A stretch of DNA of 64,000 bases from Hydrolagus affinis. Lineage: Eukaryota. The stretch spans positions 1-64,000 of the forward strand of contig JAAILG010000692.1 of the NCBI GenBank assembly GCA_012026655.1, read 5' to 3'. A model generated the notes under the pieces. It saw nothing but the letters and a program-made list of their open reading frames with translations. It was not told where the DNA came from and made no database searches. A program made the position numbers and the translations under genes. Of the stretch, positions 62,151-64,000 are shown one piece after another. The number at the start of each line of letters is the position of its first letter. The first letter of the stretch is position 1.

Positions 62151-63833
62151 TGACACATTAGGCCGTAGAGTTCAACACGGAATAGTTAATTACATCAACA
62201 CTGATGACAGAGGAAATGTAGAACTGATATTGGCACATTCAAATGAAACATACAGTTTTTGGAATCGAAGTAATGCATTTTCTTGGCTGATATTGATTAG
62301 TGCTGGTGTCTAAAGTAACAAATCATTCTTTCCTTTGTTTAAGCCAAATACCGAATTATTAGTAGGAAAGAAAGTGGCAGGTTAAACGATGGTAAACTAG
62401 AGACTGATCTGCCACTTCTGCAGTAATGGGTGTATCTAGAATTTTTAGCTGCAGTATTACAAAATCAGTTCTGCTTCTTCGTCAATGGGTTTAGAGTTTA
62501 ATCTTAATGAGTGAAGTGAAACATAGTAGAACAGTGGGAACAATGCAATAAATCAAACCTTTTCACTCATTGTCTACAGAACACCGGTTCCCTCTCGCAC
62601 TTCATTCCCATCAGACTACGTAATGTAAGCGACTATTAAACCATTCTTTGTGAAGGAGTCACTTTATGCCAATATGAGCCTCGGAGCCTGCTTTGTGAAT
62701 GATAACGCAGCATAATAGTAATGCAGTTTGCAGGAAGACTGGGATGAACAGTGCCTGTCCTCAACTATAAAACTCCACAGTAACATTAATATCCACCGAC
62801 ACATCTAATCTCAAATAACTGGTTTCCCGCTTGACCTCAATGGGGTTCATTTTTCTCTTTCTGATGGCAGATGAAGGTTATATATATATATATATAAACA
62901 GGATTGAAAGCTATAAACATTTGTACCAGAGCAAATTAAATTTTGATCAAAAGCAGAGTTGCAACAGATGTCGGTTACAGTTCAGTCTCAAGCCTGAGTC
63001 TATTTCCAAAAACCATCTCCGGGAAGAGGGAAGGCAAGGATTGTAAAAACGGAAAGTGAAAGTGACATTTGGTTTATCTCGAGTCCTGCAACTTCTGCTC
63101 GCTCTACGTTAAGACTCTCGGCTATTGACTCTCACTGCAGTGTTTGTTTATTTATTTAAGATGACTGGATAGCCTAAGGCTGCTGACTTCTGCGTGCCAC
63201 TGGATGGATTCAGTCAGCAGGATGGTGCAGGTGGAATAGTTCAGTCAGTTTTTGTAAATGATTCCCTCCGCGGGAGATGAACTCTTGGGTTGCTACGAAC
63301 CAAACACATGCCTCTGACAGGCCAGGTAAGCACTGCTGAAGCTCAGTCAACAGGGGTAGAAAGAGTTCAACAATTCGTCACGGCTTGAAATCTAGCTCTC
63401 TGTTTTACCTCCCCAAACCCCTGGGTTTTCTGACACTCAGCTGATTTGCCCTGTGTGGGGTTCTCCCGCGAGATTCCCTGCCACTCTCTGATCTGCCCAT
63501 TTTTTCCAAGAGCAGAAATCAATTTATGATTTCACTCCAAACTCTTTGTTGCACAATGTGCTTTTTGTCTCTGAAGTTACGGTAGGTTTCTTATTGTCAC
63601 GTAAATCACAGTACTGTCCTGTACAGTAATTTGCAAGTCCCAGAAACAGAAACACCATTGCAGCGAGACCTTCAACTTCCATTCAGACAATCCTGTTCTC
63701 TTTCCCCTCTGCTACTGAATTATTCTTATAAAAATCTTAGCTACGAACTCGCCTGTACTAACCACATCCTGCAAGCTTCTTCTATTCCATTGTATAGTAC
63801 AGGCCAATAACAGCAACAACTTGTATTTATATA

Positions 63834-64000
63834 CAGGTAAACCCTGCTTAACGTCGTAGTTGGGTTCTTGAAAAGTGTGACTTTAAGCGAGTTGACGTTA
63901 AACGAATACACTTTTCCCATAAGAATGAATGTAAAAACCGGAGTTAGGTTCTTTTTGGACATTTTTCGTCAAAGATTTATTTCAGAAAAAAACATACTAC
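63834..64000 (+). mobile_element. Tc1/mariner Tigger (pogo)-like element, left end, running off the window
   Basis: TA|CAGGTAAACCCTGCTTAACGTC.. with internal TTTCCCATAAGAATGAATGTAAA, resembling Tigger-family MITE ends. Confidence 0.7.

Overview
This is AT-rich vertebrate non-coding DNA, either a gene desert or a large intron. The repeat content points to a cartilaginous fish, possibly a holocephalan (inference). I recognise no host protein-coding gene: the supplied ORFs are chance frames or retroelement and transposon relics. The window is dominated by a ~300-bp tRNA-headed, L2-tailed SINE (over 20 copies or fragments). It also holds older DeuSINE-like copies, 3' fragments of two L2 families, CR1 tails, RTE and hAT fossils, Penelope-type terminal repeats and a Tigger-like end. 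Repeat-free, homeodomain-motif-rich blocks between these look like conserved enhancers, and there is one strong CTCF site. The most notable unexplained structures are: a ~0.9-kb foldback-like unit with inverted arms around a decayed minisatellite (50.27-51.19 kb), a minimal hammerhead ribozyme core in an inverted Penelope-type repeat (59.9 kb), a ~220-bp local duplication spanning an L2/unique junction (44.2 and 48.0 kb), and a longer variant of the dominant SINE (29.7 kb). I found no evidence of a new multi-gene system. Coordinates were read by eye and boundaries are approximate.
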